The notes beneath the pieces were generated by a model that was not told the DNA's origin, did not search any database, and saw nothing but the letters and a program-made list of their open reading frames with translations. Of a DNA stretch of 64,000 nucleotides, positions 35,231 through 47,100 are shown in pieces. The stretch lies in NCBI GenBank assembly GCA_965644295.1, contig CBFFRP010000097.1:186001-250000 (forward strand). Reading direction: 5' to 3'. The translations under genes and the position numbers were made by a program. Position 1 is the stretch's first letter; each line of letters starts with the position of its first letter. Source of the DNA: Paraphysomonas bandaiensis. Taxonomy: Eukaryota > Protista > Chrysophyceae.

Positions 35231-35282
35231 TAAAAGTGTTAATAAAATGTTATTATTATAATATTGTAAGTACTTGTACATA

Positions 35283-35630
35283 CATACACAGTCACACCAT
35301 AGGGGCAAAGTCAGTTTAAATGAATAGTGTATATGGTCACGGTTACAGGGCACAGGGTCAAAGACCCCCCCCCTCTCACTGTGTGTGTTTCGTGCTTGCG
35401 GTGACCCAGAAGCGTCCTCCATAGAATCAAATAGTAGGATATCAGAGTTAAATTATGCATACACAGTCACACCATAGGGGCAAAGTCAGTTTAAATGAAT
35501 AGTGTATATGGTCACGGTTACAGGGCACAGGGTCGAAGACCCCCCCCTTTTCACTGTGTGTGTTTCGTGCTTGCGGTGACCCAGAAGCGTCCTCCATAGA
35601 ATCAAATAGTAGGATATCAGAGTTAAATTA
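35283..35630. repeat. Tandem duplication, 2 x 173 bp (period 175)
   Basis: 35283-35455 and 35458-35630 are nearly identical; differences only at CAAAGA/CGAAGA and in the C/T run. Confidence 0.95.
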
Positions 35631-36064
35631 GTTAAACTACTAGTTAGTTAAATTACTTTGCAATATTAGTTCTGACTCTTACATGCCTATCAGAACTATT
35701 GTAGCCAACATGCAGGAATGATAAAAGTTGACAGAGATATGATAGCGAGTTGCACATGTTCTCCTCTATAATATATATTACAATAAAAAGTCGAAGTAAT
35801 ACCTGAACCAGGTGAAATTTTGCTTATTTTACTGTAATTCGTATCTGAGAGGTTAAAGATAAAGAAGAGTCACTATAATAGTTATTATTAGGAGTATTTA
35901 TTGCGTTACAAGTTGCCCCTCCTGCTACTTGTGTTTTGTAATATAACCAAAATATCAATACCTATAAATACGATTAGTAGTAGCAGTCAGTACATTACAT
36001 GGCATTCAGGAATTATATAAAGCAAAAAATACGTTATTATTGTAAGGATACAACACATCCACTT

Positions 36065-37469
36065 TTAATACGGTTGTCTATACGATGACCTCGATGTGGT
36101 ACTCCACATTGAATATTCATCTTCTTTCTTCACCAAATGAGACCTTGGTTGAGAATGAATACCACCTTTAATTCTTTGAGCCTTTATTCCTACATAGGCA
36201 TGTGCATCGAAAACAGGACCCGAATAGGCTCCTTGTTTTTTTGTTGTGTCCCAAACTAAACTCTCCTGTCCTAGTAGCGACTTCACATCATTTCCACTTT
36301 CATACATGCGGAACAACTTCGACTGTCGGACTGTACTACGAGTTCCTATTACATTACCGGTGTTCTGTGTGCCACCAGATATACCTCTGTTGTGAAACGC
36401 AGATCTCTCAGACATCCTATCAGCTACTTTCCTCCTAGCGGAAAGACTAGTTGGAGTCGTCTGTAGAGCGCTATGCAAATGGCTGTACTTTTCAGGAGTA
36501 GGTTCACCATTATTGCATGACCTATCTCTGTATGCATCTGCAGAAATGCCACCTCCAGAATTCTCTGTGGAAGAAACACTTGCATTATGATATCCTGCCC
36601 TAATGTTTTTCTTCCTATATGCATCGTGTACTTCATTACATTCGCGCTCACCAAATAGAATCTCCTTAGTCTCTATAGCGTTGGCCAAGGTATCTTTTAG
36701 TGTATTAGTTGACTTCCACTCGGAACGTGACGGTGTGCTTTGATTGGTTAATAGTTTATCAGGAACTCCATCGACACACACAATGCTTCGATTCCACTCT
36801 GGTAGTGGCGCCCCTGGTAACGGTTTAGGTCTGTTTTTATATTCCGCATCGTATTGATCAAATAAACGCAACATATCTCCCATCTGAGCATGACTACGAT
36901 CCTGTTGACCTGCAGCTAGATCTCGTGCAGTTTTCTCATCCCTTGTTATCATGTCACTTCGAGCACCCGCTTCTAAGAGTAGCTTGACCAGATGGGGATA
37001 GTTAACTGCTTTCATTATTACATCACTCATTATTACAATAAAATTATAGTTTACATTTTGCCGCCAAATGTAATGCCGTGTACCCCTGCTCTCCAGGTGT
37101 ATTTATATCACATCCAATACTGATTAAGTACTTTACAATGTCTGTGCGATTGTACTGAACTGCGTGATGTAACGGAGTCGGCCCTCGACCATTGACTCCA
37201 CCATTAGGTCGCCAGGCTGTGTATCTTCTACGCTCAAAATCAGCCCCACATTCTACAAGATATTTAAAAATGGGGAGAGAGCCTATCCAAGCGGCATGAT
37301 GGAGTAGCGACTTTCCCGTACCAGCAGACTTGGCAGCAACCTCACCTCTAACCCAGGAGTCAGTGCATGTCATGTTAACATTTCCACCAGATTTAACAGC
37401 ACGTACAACTTCTTCTATATTTCCTGAGCTCACAGCGTTCCAAAGTATATCATCTTTACTATTGAACAT
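36065..37469 (-). CDS. Ankyrin-repeat protein with low-complexity C-terminus, 2 exons
   Basis: GKSLLHHAAWIG, GPTPLHHAVQYN, GYTALHLAAK/FNYPHLVKLLLEAGA; intron 37006-37054. Confidence 0.88.
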
Positions 37470-38115
37470 TACACGATCTTTATAATAAACACAATACTAT
37501 TGTGGCATGAGAAACTATACATAAATGATAGCCAGTTAATATCTATTGAATGTAGTTGTTTTATATCGCTCAAGCGGTGTGATTGTTTAAGGGAATATGA
37601 AAACATATCCAGATGGAACACATCTACATGGAATAGAGATACGACACTCTATCGAGATCTCATGTAACGTTTATTTATATGAACAGAGCAGACAGCATGT
37701 ACAGCTGTATATCTTCATAACAATACAGTACGGTATACGTATACTGTATACCAGGAGGAGTACAGAATACGCTACCCTACAAGAAGGGCTCCTTCAATTC
37801 TCCTTCAACCACAAGTTCAAGTTACAAAAAGTAGTACTTTTCAACCTTTTTCATTCCAAAACTATGGGTTTATAGATAAGGAGTTGTGTTTTCTCCATTT
37901 TATAGCAGTGTATATTGCTTGGTGTCATCACAGAAGTATCAACGAACACAGCAGACAGCAGCAGGGTATTGTATCCTGGTCCATATATATCACATGTGTG
38001 TTCTAGGCGGAGAACACAGTCTTGAGTTCATACAATTTATATTGACGGTATAAATACTTCGATCACTGGTTCTTCGATCATAAAAGAGGGTTTGGATTAA
38101 CTTATCGAGATAACA

Positions 38116-39882
38116 ATGACCGCAATGACCTCCTTGTGTGTGAATGAGTTACGTATCATACAGAATGATTTCGAGACCTATGAAATTCTGCATACTCCAC
38201 TAGGAGCTGGTGGTTTTGGTACTGTTTATCAAGGGGTTCGGAAGTCCGACAATAAATCCGTGGCTTTAAAATTCTTTGGATACGGCAATAGAGCACCAGA
38301 TATCAGTGATATAAACAATGAAATAGTACTGATGTTCACTCTTGCTGGAGTGGAAGGTTTAATTTCCTTGTTATTAGAATTTCTTAAGAGTTCACTATAC
38401 ATTCAGGGGTTATTCAAATTGAATCGATATTCTACGATTCTCCTCTTGGTTTGTTGCCCAACAAGCAAAAAGCTCTACAGATCTCATATCCAGTTATTGT
38501 CATGGAAAGTTTGACAGGAGGAGATTTGTTGCATCATATTGATTCACGAGCACGAATTCATCGGCATATATCTGAAAAATATCTTGCTGCCACATTTCGG
38601 AGTGCTATGCTGGCGTTGGACAGTATACACAAGCGATTCTACATCCATCGTGAGTACTTTCAGTAGACATATGTTGTTTTACCTTCTTGCAGGTGATATA
38701 AAGCTAGCCAATATATTAATGGTTAATGATTCGGATTATTCGCCAGTAAAACTTATTGACTTTGGGTCGTTGACTCAAATTGATCGGGCAACACATACAG
38801 TAATTTCCAATGAACCGTATGGTACTCCCCGATTCATGGCCCCAGAATCTCTTGGAAAATTTAATCGAGAGTACTCACCCGCTACTGATATATGGCAAGC
38901 AGGATGTGTGTTGTTCTAGTAAGTATATTATATGTATATATCTATTACGCACTGTATGAAAACGGTGCCAGATTAATATGTGTGGATTGTACTGCTTCCA
39001 ATGTTTGTACTTCATCTACGCGTATTATACTGCACTGTTTTTGAACACGTTCGTGTAGTATGCTTTGTGCAGAACCACCATTTGCCACTGAGAAAGATAT
39101 CAAATCTGGGAGATATAACACTGAGGTCAGTACTGAGTAGAATTTGATTATGAATAATATATTTCACACTTCTCTAATATGCATTTCTACAAAGTACTTA
39201 ATTGCTTTTATTTTGACCATGACACATTGTACACGTTGGATTTCCCTTGTAGACATCGCAATGCTAACCCAACATTTAGAGCTCTACTCATCCTTGTCTC
39301 TCCGATCCTGCTAAAGATCTCATATCACGAATGCTGGCGGTGCATTCCCGAGACCGCATTTCAATGGCGGAAATTTTATCGCATCCTTGGGTAGAAGGTC
39401 ATGCCCCAGACGAACCACTAGGGCAAGAGTATTACCAGAGGGTGAAAGCCCTAGCGGTACGGCACAAGTTGAAAAGTATATTCGAGCCATTGGATTTATC
39501 AACTGAAGAAGTTCATCTTGTAGAAGGTGCCCAATCTGAAGAAAAGCGAATTTGCGACTTTACTGGACGTGATATTAATGCGGAGGCTCAATATTATTTT
39601 CATCTTTTTGATACGGACCATGATGGTTGGGTTAGTAAAGAGGATCTTCAAGCTGGGATCAGGGCTATAATAACTAGAAACAACGCGCTTCATCATTTAG
39701 AGCATGACGAACACGCCTCAGACGGGAAGTTGAGACTAACTCCATTCGTAAAGCTTTCTATTGATGAGATGTTCGAGGTAATGGATGCCGACCACTCCGC
39801 TAAAGTAAATTTTAGTCAGTTCTTAAACTTTTATTCAATATGTGTCATGCCATCTGGGAAGCGGCATAAAAACATGGAGTGA
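38116..39882 (+). CDS. Ca2+-dependent/CaMK-group Ser/Thr kinase with two EF-hands, multi-exon
   Basis: LGAGGFGTVY, VALK, IH/RDIKLANIL, DFG, GTPRFMAPE, DIWQAG, RISMAEILSHPW; EF-hands DTDHDGWVSKEDL and DADHSAKVNFSQF. Confidence 0.9.
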
Positions 39883-40145
39883 TAGTATGAGCAATGAACA
39901 CTAATCATAATGTAATAAAAAGCAGACTATTTTTATATCTGCTTGGGGTTATCACCGTCAAGTAAAAAGTTAAATTAACGAAGGAATGCACCTAACTTAC
40001 AACACTTAAATTACATTCGAGATTAATAAATTTAGACCTCATACCTTAAAAACATTTAATACACACACAAACTTTTCTGGTAGTAAAATACAACTGTGAT
40101 TTATCATTGTTGGATTGTAATATCCATGAAACTACTGTATCAATG

Positions 40146-40853
40146 TCACTTTTTCGGTCGAGGTGAGGTTCTTGATAATGGTATATGCGCAGCTGAAACA
40201 ACTCCCTGCATATAGGTAGGCTCAACCTCTCGATTCATAAACGTATGAATACTTCCAATCATAATAAAGAATATAATAAAGCCTAAAACTACGAATGTTG
40301 CTATCCATCCTCGAGACACGAACCCGTCTTTAAAGAGTGTTTTAGAATTGTGAGAAACTGCGCCCAGTGTTGGCGCCAAAGATGGTTGAGGTGACGGAGC
40401 GGTTGACGGAGGTTTACTTGGACGAAAAGTAGGTGCTTTAGTGGGGCGCCTGGTAGGACGACGTGTGGGAGAATAGGTAGGGAAAAAAGTAGGAGATTTA
40501 ATCGGTTTACGTGTAGGCTTGCTTGTTGGAGACCTTGTGGGTTTCTTGGTGGGAAAAGTTGTTGGATTTTCTGTCGATACGATCGACAGTGTTTCATAAA
40601 TGTTACTGAATGGTACAATAGAAGGTGCGGATGATGATTCCAATGCTATTGTATGAATTGGTTTTGGCCGATGTGTTGTGGGGTTTAAAGTCGGCGCAGA
40701 ATACTTAGAGGTCGTACTCACAGGCATTATATCAGATACTTCATTGGTATTATGATAGTATAGGGCGGATGACTGAAAGTGGGAGTGAATTTCTCCAAAA
40801 GATGGAGTAATTGATAACCCCAATACAATAAGAGTGTATGCTACCACTATCAT
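40146..40853 (-). CDS. Pro/Thr/Ser-rich (mucin-like, PTxxPT repeat) type I membrane protein
   Basis: Signal peptide, PTTFPTKKPTRSPTSKPTRKP...PTRRPTRRPTKAPT stalk, TM WIATFVVLGFIIFFIMIGSI. Confidence 0.75.
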   Translation of the reverse strand: MIVVAYTLIVLGLSITPSFGEIHSHFQSSALYYHNTNEVSDIMPVSTTSKYSAPTLNPTTHRPKPIHTIALESSSAPSIVPFSNIYETLSIVSTENPTTFPTKKPTRSPTSKPTRKPIKSPTFFPTYSPTRRPTRRPTKAPTFRPSKPPSTAPSPQPSLAPTLGAVSHNSKTLFKDGFVSRGWIATFVVLGFIIFFIMIGSIHTFMNREVEPTYMQGVVSAAHIPLSRTSPRPKK

Positions 40854-41287
40854 GCTGTGTAATGGGGCTGTAAGTCTAATGTTTAAAGCAGATCAGCTGA
40901 ATATCAACACACACAAGATATTTATCTATGCAACATGTAACAGAAAACGTGGCTGTACAGTGAATATTCGCCATGCGAACTCCAACATCAACATATGCTG
41001 CATGAGGATATTATGCCATTCCAAGCACTGTCCTGACTCTACATACATCTCTGTATACATATGAAATAAACTGAAACACATTCACAGCGAATCATATACT
41101 ATTCATCATATATGATTGGATATGTGTACATATGGTGGAGAAATGACGACCATACCTTGTTGAGACCGTTCACATTGTTGTCCACTTGCCTTCCTGCTGT
41201 ATAAGTTGACAGAGAACGGAGATATCATCTCTCTGTTCCCGTCACTATTCGTGCAACGTATTGTAGCATCATTTTGAAGTCGGACTG

Positions 41288-42811
41288 ATGAAACTCAACA
41301 ACATCGGATGCTGTGCGTGCCAATCTACAGGACTGCGTCAGGTGAAAGGTGGACGATCTGCAATATTTCAATATAAGAAGAAATGCGAGGCCGCTAAATC
41401 CCAAAATAAGCCTCTTCCAAAGCAGCCGAAAAGAATTGTGAATTGCCATGACTGCAATGGTTTAGGAATTGTTAGTGGCTCTAACACAACTTTCAAACCT
41501 GCATTCAGCGGTAAAATTGCGGTTATTGGAGGTGGTATTGGTGGCATTGCCTTTTCTCTGGCTGCACTTCATCGAGGTTTGAATGTGACTGTTTATGAAA
41601 AAGATATTGCATTTGCAATTCGATCCCAAGGCTACGCACTAACGATGCAGCAGGGATTCACTCAACTCCGTAAACTCGGATTTGATATGGATAAACTACG
41701 AGAGATAGGATCGACGAGCACAGGACACATTACGCTTAGTCATCTTGGAGATATTGTAGGTGTGACGGGCAGAGAGCGGTGGGGAACCTTGGATGATGCA
41801 AGCGCCAAGCGATTCAATATTCAGCTGCCCAGGCAGTTACTCCGGCAGGAATTGTTCAATGAATTACCACAAGATACGGTACAGTGGGGAAAACAGCTTG
41901 TTCAAATAGATGATAGTGAACAAATACTACACTTTTCAGACGGAACTACTGCAGATTATGATCTCGTCGTTGCGGCAGATGGAATTCGTTCTTGTTTCAC
42001 TAGTCACCTACCTTTGTCATACTTAGGAGTTATGGTGGTGCTTGGTCGAGGAAAAGTGTCTACTCCTAACAAGCTAAACTTAGGCGTGGATAAGATTTGG
42101 CAGAGCGTAGATGGAGTTACTCGGCTCTATGCGATGCCATTTGGTAAAGCTGGTGAAACGATGTGGCAACTATCTTGGCAATGTTCCGAACAGGAGGCTA
42201 TCAATTTATCTCGTGGTCAGAAGGTGGCCGGAGAAGACAGAATAGTAGATAAGAAAGTTCTCGGTGAATTACTTTTGAGTGAGGCCTTGCGCCGTACTGA
42301 AGGTTGGCACGATCCTTTACATGAGCTACTCACATCTACTGACCCGGGAGAAATTACCGGTTATCCAGCATATGACAGATGGCCGGTACCAATGTATGGT
42401 CCGGATAATCTTCGTCCTCGTGTAGCTGTGTTGGGTGATGCGGCACACCCTCTGAGCCCTTTTAAAGGGCAAGGTGCGAATCAAGCTTTGATCGATGCAG
42501 TGGAATTGGCAACTATTCTTGCTTCAGGAATAACAGAGGAGGGGACAGAGAGACCGCATTCTATTGCCAGTGGCCGACGAAATCGTCAGAGAAGTTTAAG
42601 TTGTAGTTCAGATAATAGTATTGGAAGCGAAGTAGATGTTGAAGCGCTTCTGCAGACATACCACGTTCGAATGACAGAACGAGTTCGAATTAAAGTTGAA
42701 GCAAGTCGAGAGGCATCAATAGTTTTACATTCACCGAGTGTACTGGTAAAAGGGGATTGTACTCGAGGAAAAGCTCGTTGCAGTGATGTGGCGAAATATG
42801 ACAGTGTTTAG
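41288..42811 (+). CDS. Group A FAD-dependent monooxygenase with N-terminal CxxC...CxxCxGxG zinc-finger-like segment
   Basis: IAVIGGGIGG, VVAADGIRS, LGDAAHPLSPFKGQGANQALIDA; N-terminal CCACQSTG and CHDCNGLG. Single exon. Confidence 0.9.
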   Translation: MKLNNIGCCACQSTGLRQVKGGRSAIFQYKKKCEAAKSQNKPLPKQPKRIVNCHDCNGLGIVSGSNTTFKPAFSGKIAVIGGGIGGIAFSLAALHRGLNVTVYEKDIAFAIRSQGYALTMQQGFTQLRKLGFDMDKLREIGSTSTGHITLSHLGDIVGVTGRERWGTLDDASAKRFNIQLPRQLLRQELFNELPQDTVQWGKQLVQIDDSEQILHFSDGTTADYDLVVAADGIRSCFTSHLPLSYLGVMVVLGRGKVSTPNKLNLGVDKIWQSVDGVTRLYAMPFGKAGETMWQLSWQCSEQEAINLSRGQKVAGEDRIVDKKVLGELLLSEALRRTEGWHDPLHELLTSTDPGEITGYPAYDRWPVPMYGPDNLRPRVAVLGDAAHPLSPFKGQGANQALIDAVELATILASGITEEGTERPHSIASGRRNRQRSLSCSSDNSIGSEVDVEALLQTYHVRMTERVRIKVEASREASIVLHSPSVLVKGDCTRGKARCSDVAKYDSV

Positions 42812-44180
42812 TGTATATTCTATGAGTTACATTGCGTGAAATACAAATTATAACAGTGCGTGGTGATGCGATTATACTCATAGCTATGTGAGGTTATTTG
42901 TGAATATGGCACCTCACTTTGTATTCGAATAGCTAATATTCTGAAATACTACGAAAAATTATGCAGTAGAAATTTTACAATGTTGCGAAATTAATAAAGA
43001 CATTATTTTTAATATTTTATATTGTGGTAGACATTCATGGAATGATGTAACAGCAAGATACTTTTTTATATATTATATATTGTGTATCTAGTTTAGTATT
43101 ATTGTGTAACAGATTGCGTACGAAACCTTCCTAATTTAATGAGTTTCTTACTTTTCATGCGACCGCTCTGTTCTGATTCTGACGTATATGTGGCACATAT
43201 CAATTGCAGTTTTTCTTCTGTGGATCGACTGCCAAACACCACACTTTTATGCAAGCATTGTAAGACTACTGGTTGTAAAGGAGCATAACGTTAAGTAGCT
43301 TGTACATTAATCTTGAGTTTTAGCGGTTGAGTTATCGAATGCAGTTCACCATTTGATTGATTCGATTCCGTTTGGGGTCAATCGTTTGGAAGGACTAGGC
43401 TTCTGTGCTGCTGGACTTGACGGAACTTCTTCATTCCTCACAGTCCTCATCTTCACGACCATCAAGCATTGCTTGAACCTGTCCTCTGCCATCTCAGACA
43501 TAAGGTAATATATTTTGAGTCTTATGACATACTTCGCAATGCATCAACTAATGCACTTGCTTGCTCAGTAGAAGACACAAGTCCTAGTTTAACAGTTGAT
43601 ACCTCATCATCACCTTTGGCGCATCATTGTTACCCCAGGTACTAATAAGACTCATCTTGTTTTATTACTTACACAACTGTCAGGATTTACTTACTCGGCA
43701 ATATGCATCATGACTGCATCCATTTCAACCAATCTGCAACAATTCTATGCAACATGGACGAATCAGAAATGTTCTTTATGTAATACTTATTTTTGGTTGG
43801 TTAACAAGAAAAATAACTGGGTGTGTGTATGTACGATAGTTGGGACTGAAAATCAGTGCCAGTATTTTTGTACCCACGACAGTCATATGATTACAATGAA
43901 CCAATGAACGATTTGGATGACCACTTCACTGTGAATGAAGGAAAGTTCATACTATTCCGGTTACTATCACTGCTATGATTGCTTAGTTGTATGTAGTTGC
44001 AAGTAACTACGATAGTGTATTTTTTTATTACACGCAACTTTTGATATCAAAGACTAGAAGTGAACTTCCACTTCATTCTGTTAGCCAATCACAATCAATC
44101 GATATCAATATCATTCTTCATAGTCTTGTATTGGAATATATACACATTTATCGTATATGTCTTTCTATTAAATCATAATT

Positions 44181-47100
44181 ATGTCGTATGATAATCACGT
44201 TGGTGTGTCATTTGTAAATGCAAGAGATATCCTTGTTAATGCGGTAGAATCGGCCTTGTCAAGTAATCATCAATGTCAGCATGTGCCTGAGACATCTGAC
44301 CGGTTATTTATGGTATGGATGCCACTTGCTAGTTCGATTCTATTGGCTATAGCTGCTGCGCTTGATGATACATTTCTAGCCGGTCGTGTCTTTTCATTGG
44401 TGCTGTTGAGTGTATCGGTGATTCTGAATTTGTATGTGACCAAGCGGTATAATGAAACTGAGAGCGAAGAACTTCGCAATCAGCTCTCTGATATCATATC
44501 ACAATACACTGCAAGTATTGCTGCGCACTCGAATGTCGAACATGAACAAATGAAGACACCAAAGATGATTAATTCCGGGCATGCACATGTATCTATAGTG
44601 GCTGTCTATAGAGATGGGCACTGGCAACGTATTCCCACTCTTCTTTTGGTTGAAGGGGATATCATCGCATTAATGGCAGGGGACATCACGCCAGGTGAAT
44701 TAGAGGAGCTTATTTCTGACAGGGATCATCACACAATGCCAGTATCCCCTCGTGATATGCATACTCATGGGCAAAATTCTTTCATGCGGTCATTTTCGAC
44801 CCCAGCGGAAAATGTAATGGCTGCTCCATTAAGCACTTACTCAATGAAACGTGGATGGAAGCTGGGTAAGCGGTTACACAAGGGGATTAAAATTCCGATT
44901 CGGGAAGAGAGGCGGAAATACGCATCTTATGACCCCAAACGGGACGATAACTCCCGCGATGTAGTAGCCCCAAGCGTATCCGGTAATACAGGCCTTAACC
45001 ACGACAGGGAACGTAGTGGATCGTACTGCAGTGAACGGGGTGGAGATGACCATCACGATCATAGCGAGTCTAAGCACAGTGAAAAGTCCCAGAGACAACG
45101 AAGCGGATCTTTCAATGGAAGCGTGCACCAATGCGCTAATAGGCCCTTGAAGGATATCCCTACGTCTGACACTAAAAATTTACGTGGTGGAATAGAACAC
45201 ACACGCTCTAACCCTCAAGTACACACATACTCTCATGGTGACAGGCATAAGCACAGCCGGGCCATCAACAGCCAAAGCGTCGAGTTGCTGACTCTCTCTC
45301 GAGACATGCGGTGCTTTATAATGCGAGAAACACCAATTGTCGACTATTGTCTAAAGGCCCTGGAGTCAAACCGCCCGACTCGAAAGAGTTACTTGCGTTC
45401 GCTATTCTTGGAGATATATAAGGAGTCCTGGAAATTGCTCTGGGTCGTGTGTGCATTGGTAATAATGAGTGCGGCAGTAAGACTGGCCTTAATTTCTGAA
45501 GCTCGGGCGCAATCCACACATATTGCCACGGTAATGTTTTTCTTCTGCTACGTTCTTTTCATGCGAATGCATGTAGTTTCTTTGGTATACTAACCTATAA
45601 ATTGTTCGTACCCTAGTGTCACGCAGCTTGTCGTTGCACTAACTGACGTATTGAATAACAGATTGTAATTGTGCCATTGGCGGTTGTGCTGCTTTCATTT
45701 TTTCCAGTTTCCATGCCGGTGACAATGCTTTTGATTGAAGCAGTTACCACTGCTAATGTACTTGCCACTACTGAAGCCCTGATCAACGGGGTGGATGATG
45801 GTGACGACGATAGCAGTGCACCATCAAGTAGCTCTAAATCTTCGAAGCGAAACGGGTTTCAATCGTCCGGTACACCGACGAATCTGAAAAATACGTATAA
45901 TCGACGTGTAGCCGACCCGCCTACAAAACAGGTAAAGAATAGCCACAGAAACTCACCCGGAGACGATGACAGTTCTAGTGAATCGTCTACTGAGCGTGAC
46001 GAATTTTTAGATGAAGATATAGACGATCGGTAAAACTCAATAGGTGTTTCATGTCATCACGACGTCATGTATCGTTTACGTTTAGTGCGGTCAAGATTGC
46101 AGATCAAGCTTCCTACAACATTCCATGGGGACGACAGATGTTGTACACCCTTAAAGTGCTCGGCACGCGTCTACAACTACGGCTTTTGGAGGGTTGTAAA
46201 TTGGATGGATACCCGTGGTCAATGACGTACACCAGCGATTCCGATTCGCAATCCTCGCCACCAACTAGCCTTCTCCCTATCCCCCTTGCGAGAACTCGTT
46301 TGATTGAGGTGATGACTGTACCCTTCTTGCTTTGTGGAAAGCTTCATTTAATCGATTTTGTAGGTTCTAGGGGCAGTGACGATGGTGTGCTTTATTGATG
46401 ATGATATCGTGTGTGAGGGATTTTCTGTTTCCGAGGAAGTATTTTTATTGAAGAATCGAGAACTACCTGTGGCTCCAATCGATGTATAGCTGTAATATTT
46501 TTTTATTATATATATTTTTATTCCATTTTCCTCTTTTGTGAGCAGAACACACCGGGTGTGCAACACGGCATTGTTCTCGACCTCCATGCTAATCCACAGG
46601 TATATATAGTTGCACTGTCGATGAATGTGGAAGTTTATGATAGTTATAACATGTACGAATAGGCCACTGGGAGTCGGTTTGAAAACCCAAGGTGGTGGAC
46701 ACATTTGTCTTCGTTGAAGCCTATCGGGCTAAACTCCATGCTCACCTACGCCCCGTGCTTTGTGGAGAAATCTAAATCATATTTTCGCAATCAAGACAGT
46801 GTATATGCAGGTTAGTGCGAAGTATTTTTCTATATATACCTTTATCACAGGTGGCACTTATAAATAGATGAGCTTCCACGACCTGATATGAGCCGAAGTG
46901 TTACGACGTCTACTATCATTGCACCGCCAGACAGACATAGAGTAGAAAGCTCACTCGTGGACCATGTCAAGCGTAGTATACCCCTAGAATGTCTAAGGTG
47001 TTTCATGTTTACAGCGTATTTTATATATATACATTATCTTGTATACTTGGCAGCCACTGTTGTCGTCACCTGGTCAAATCTTTCAAATGTACATTTCATT

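Noticed and set aside
43130-43960. Possible decayed transposase between the monooxygenase and TMEM94
   Set aside because: Only vague similarity; no TIR or TSD found.
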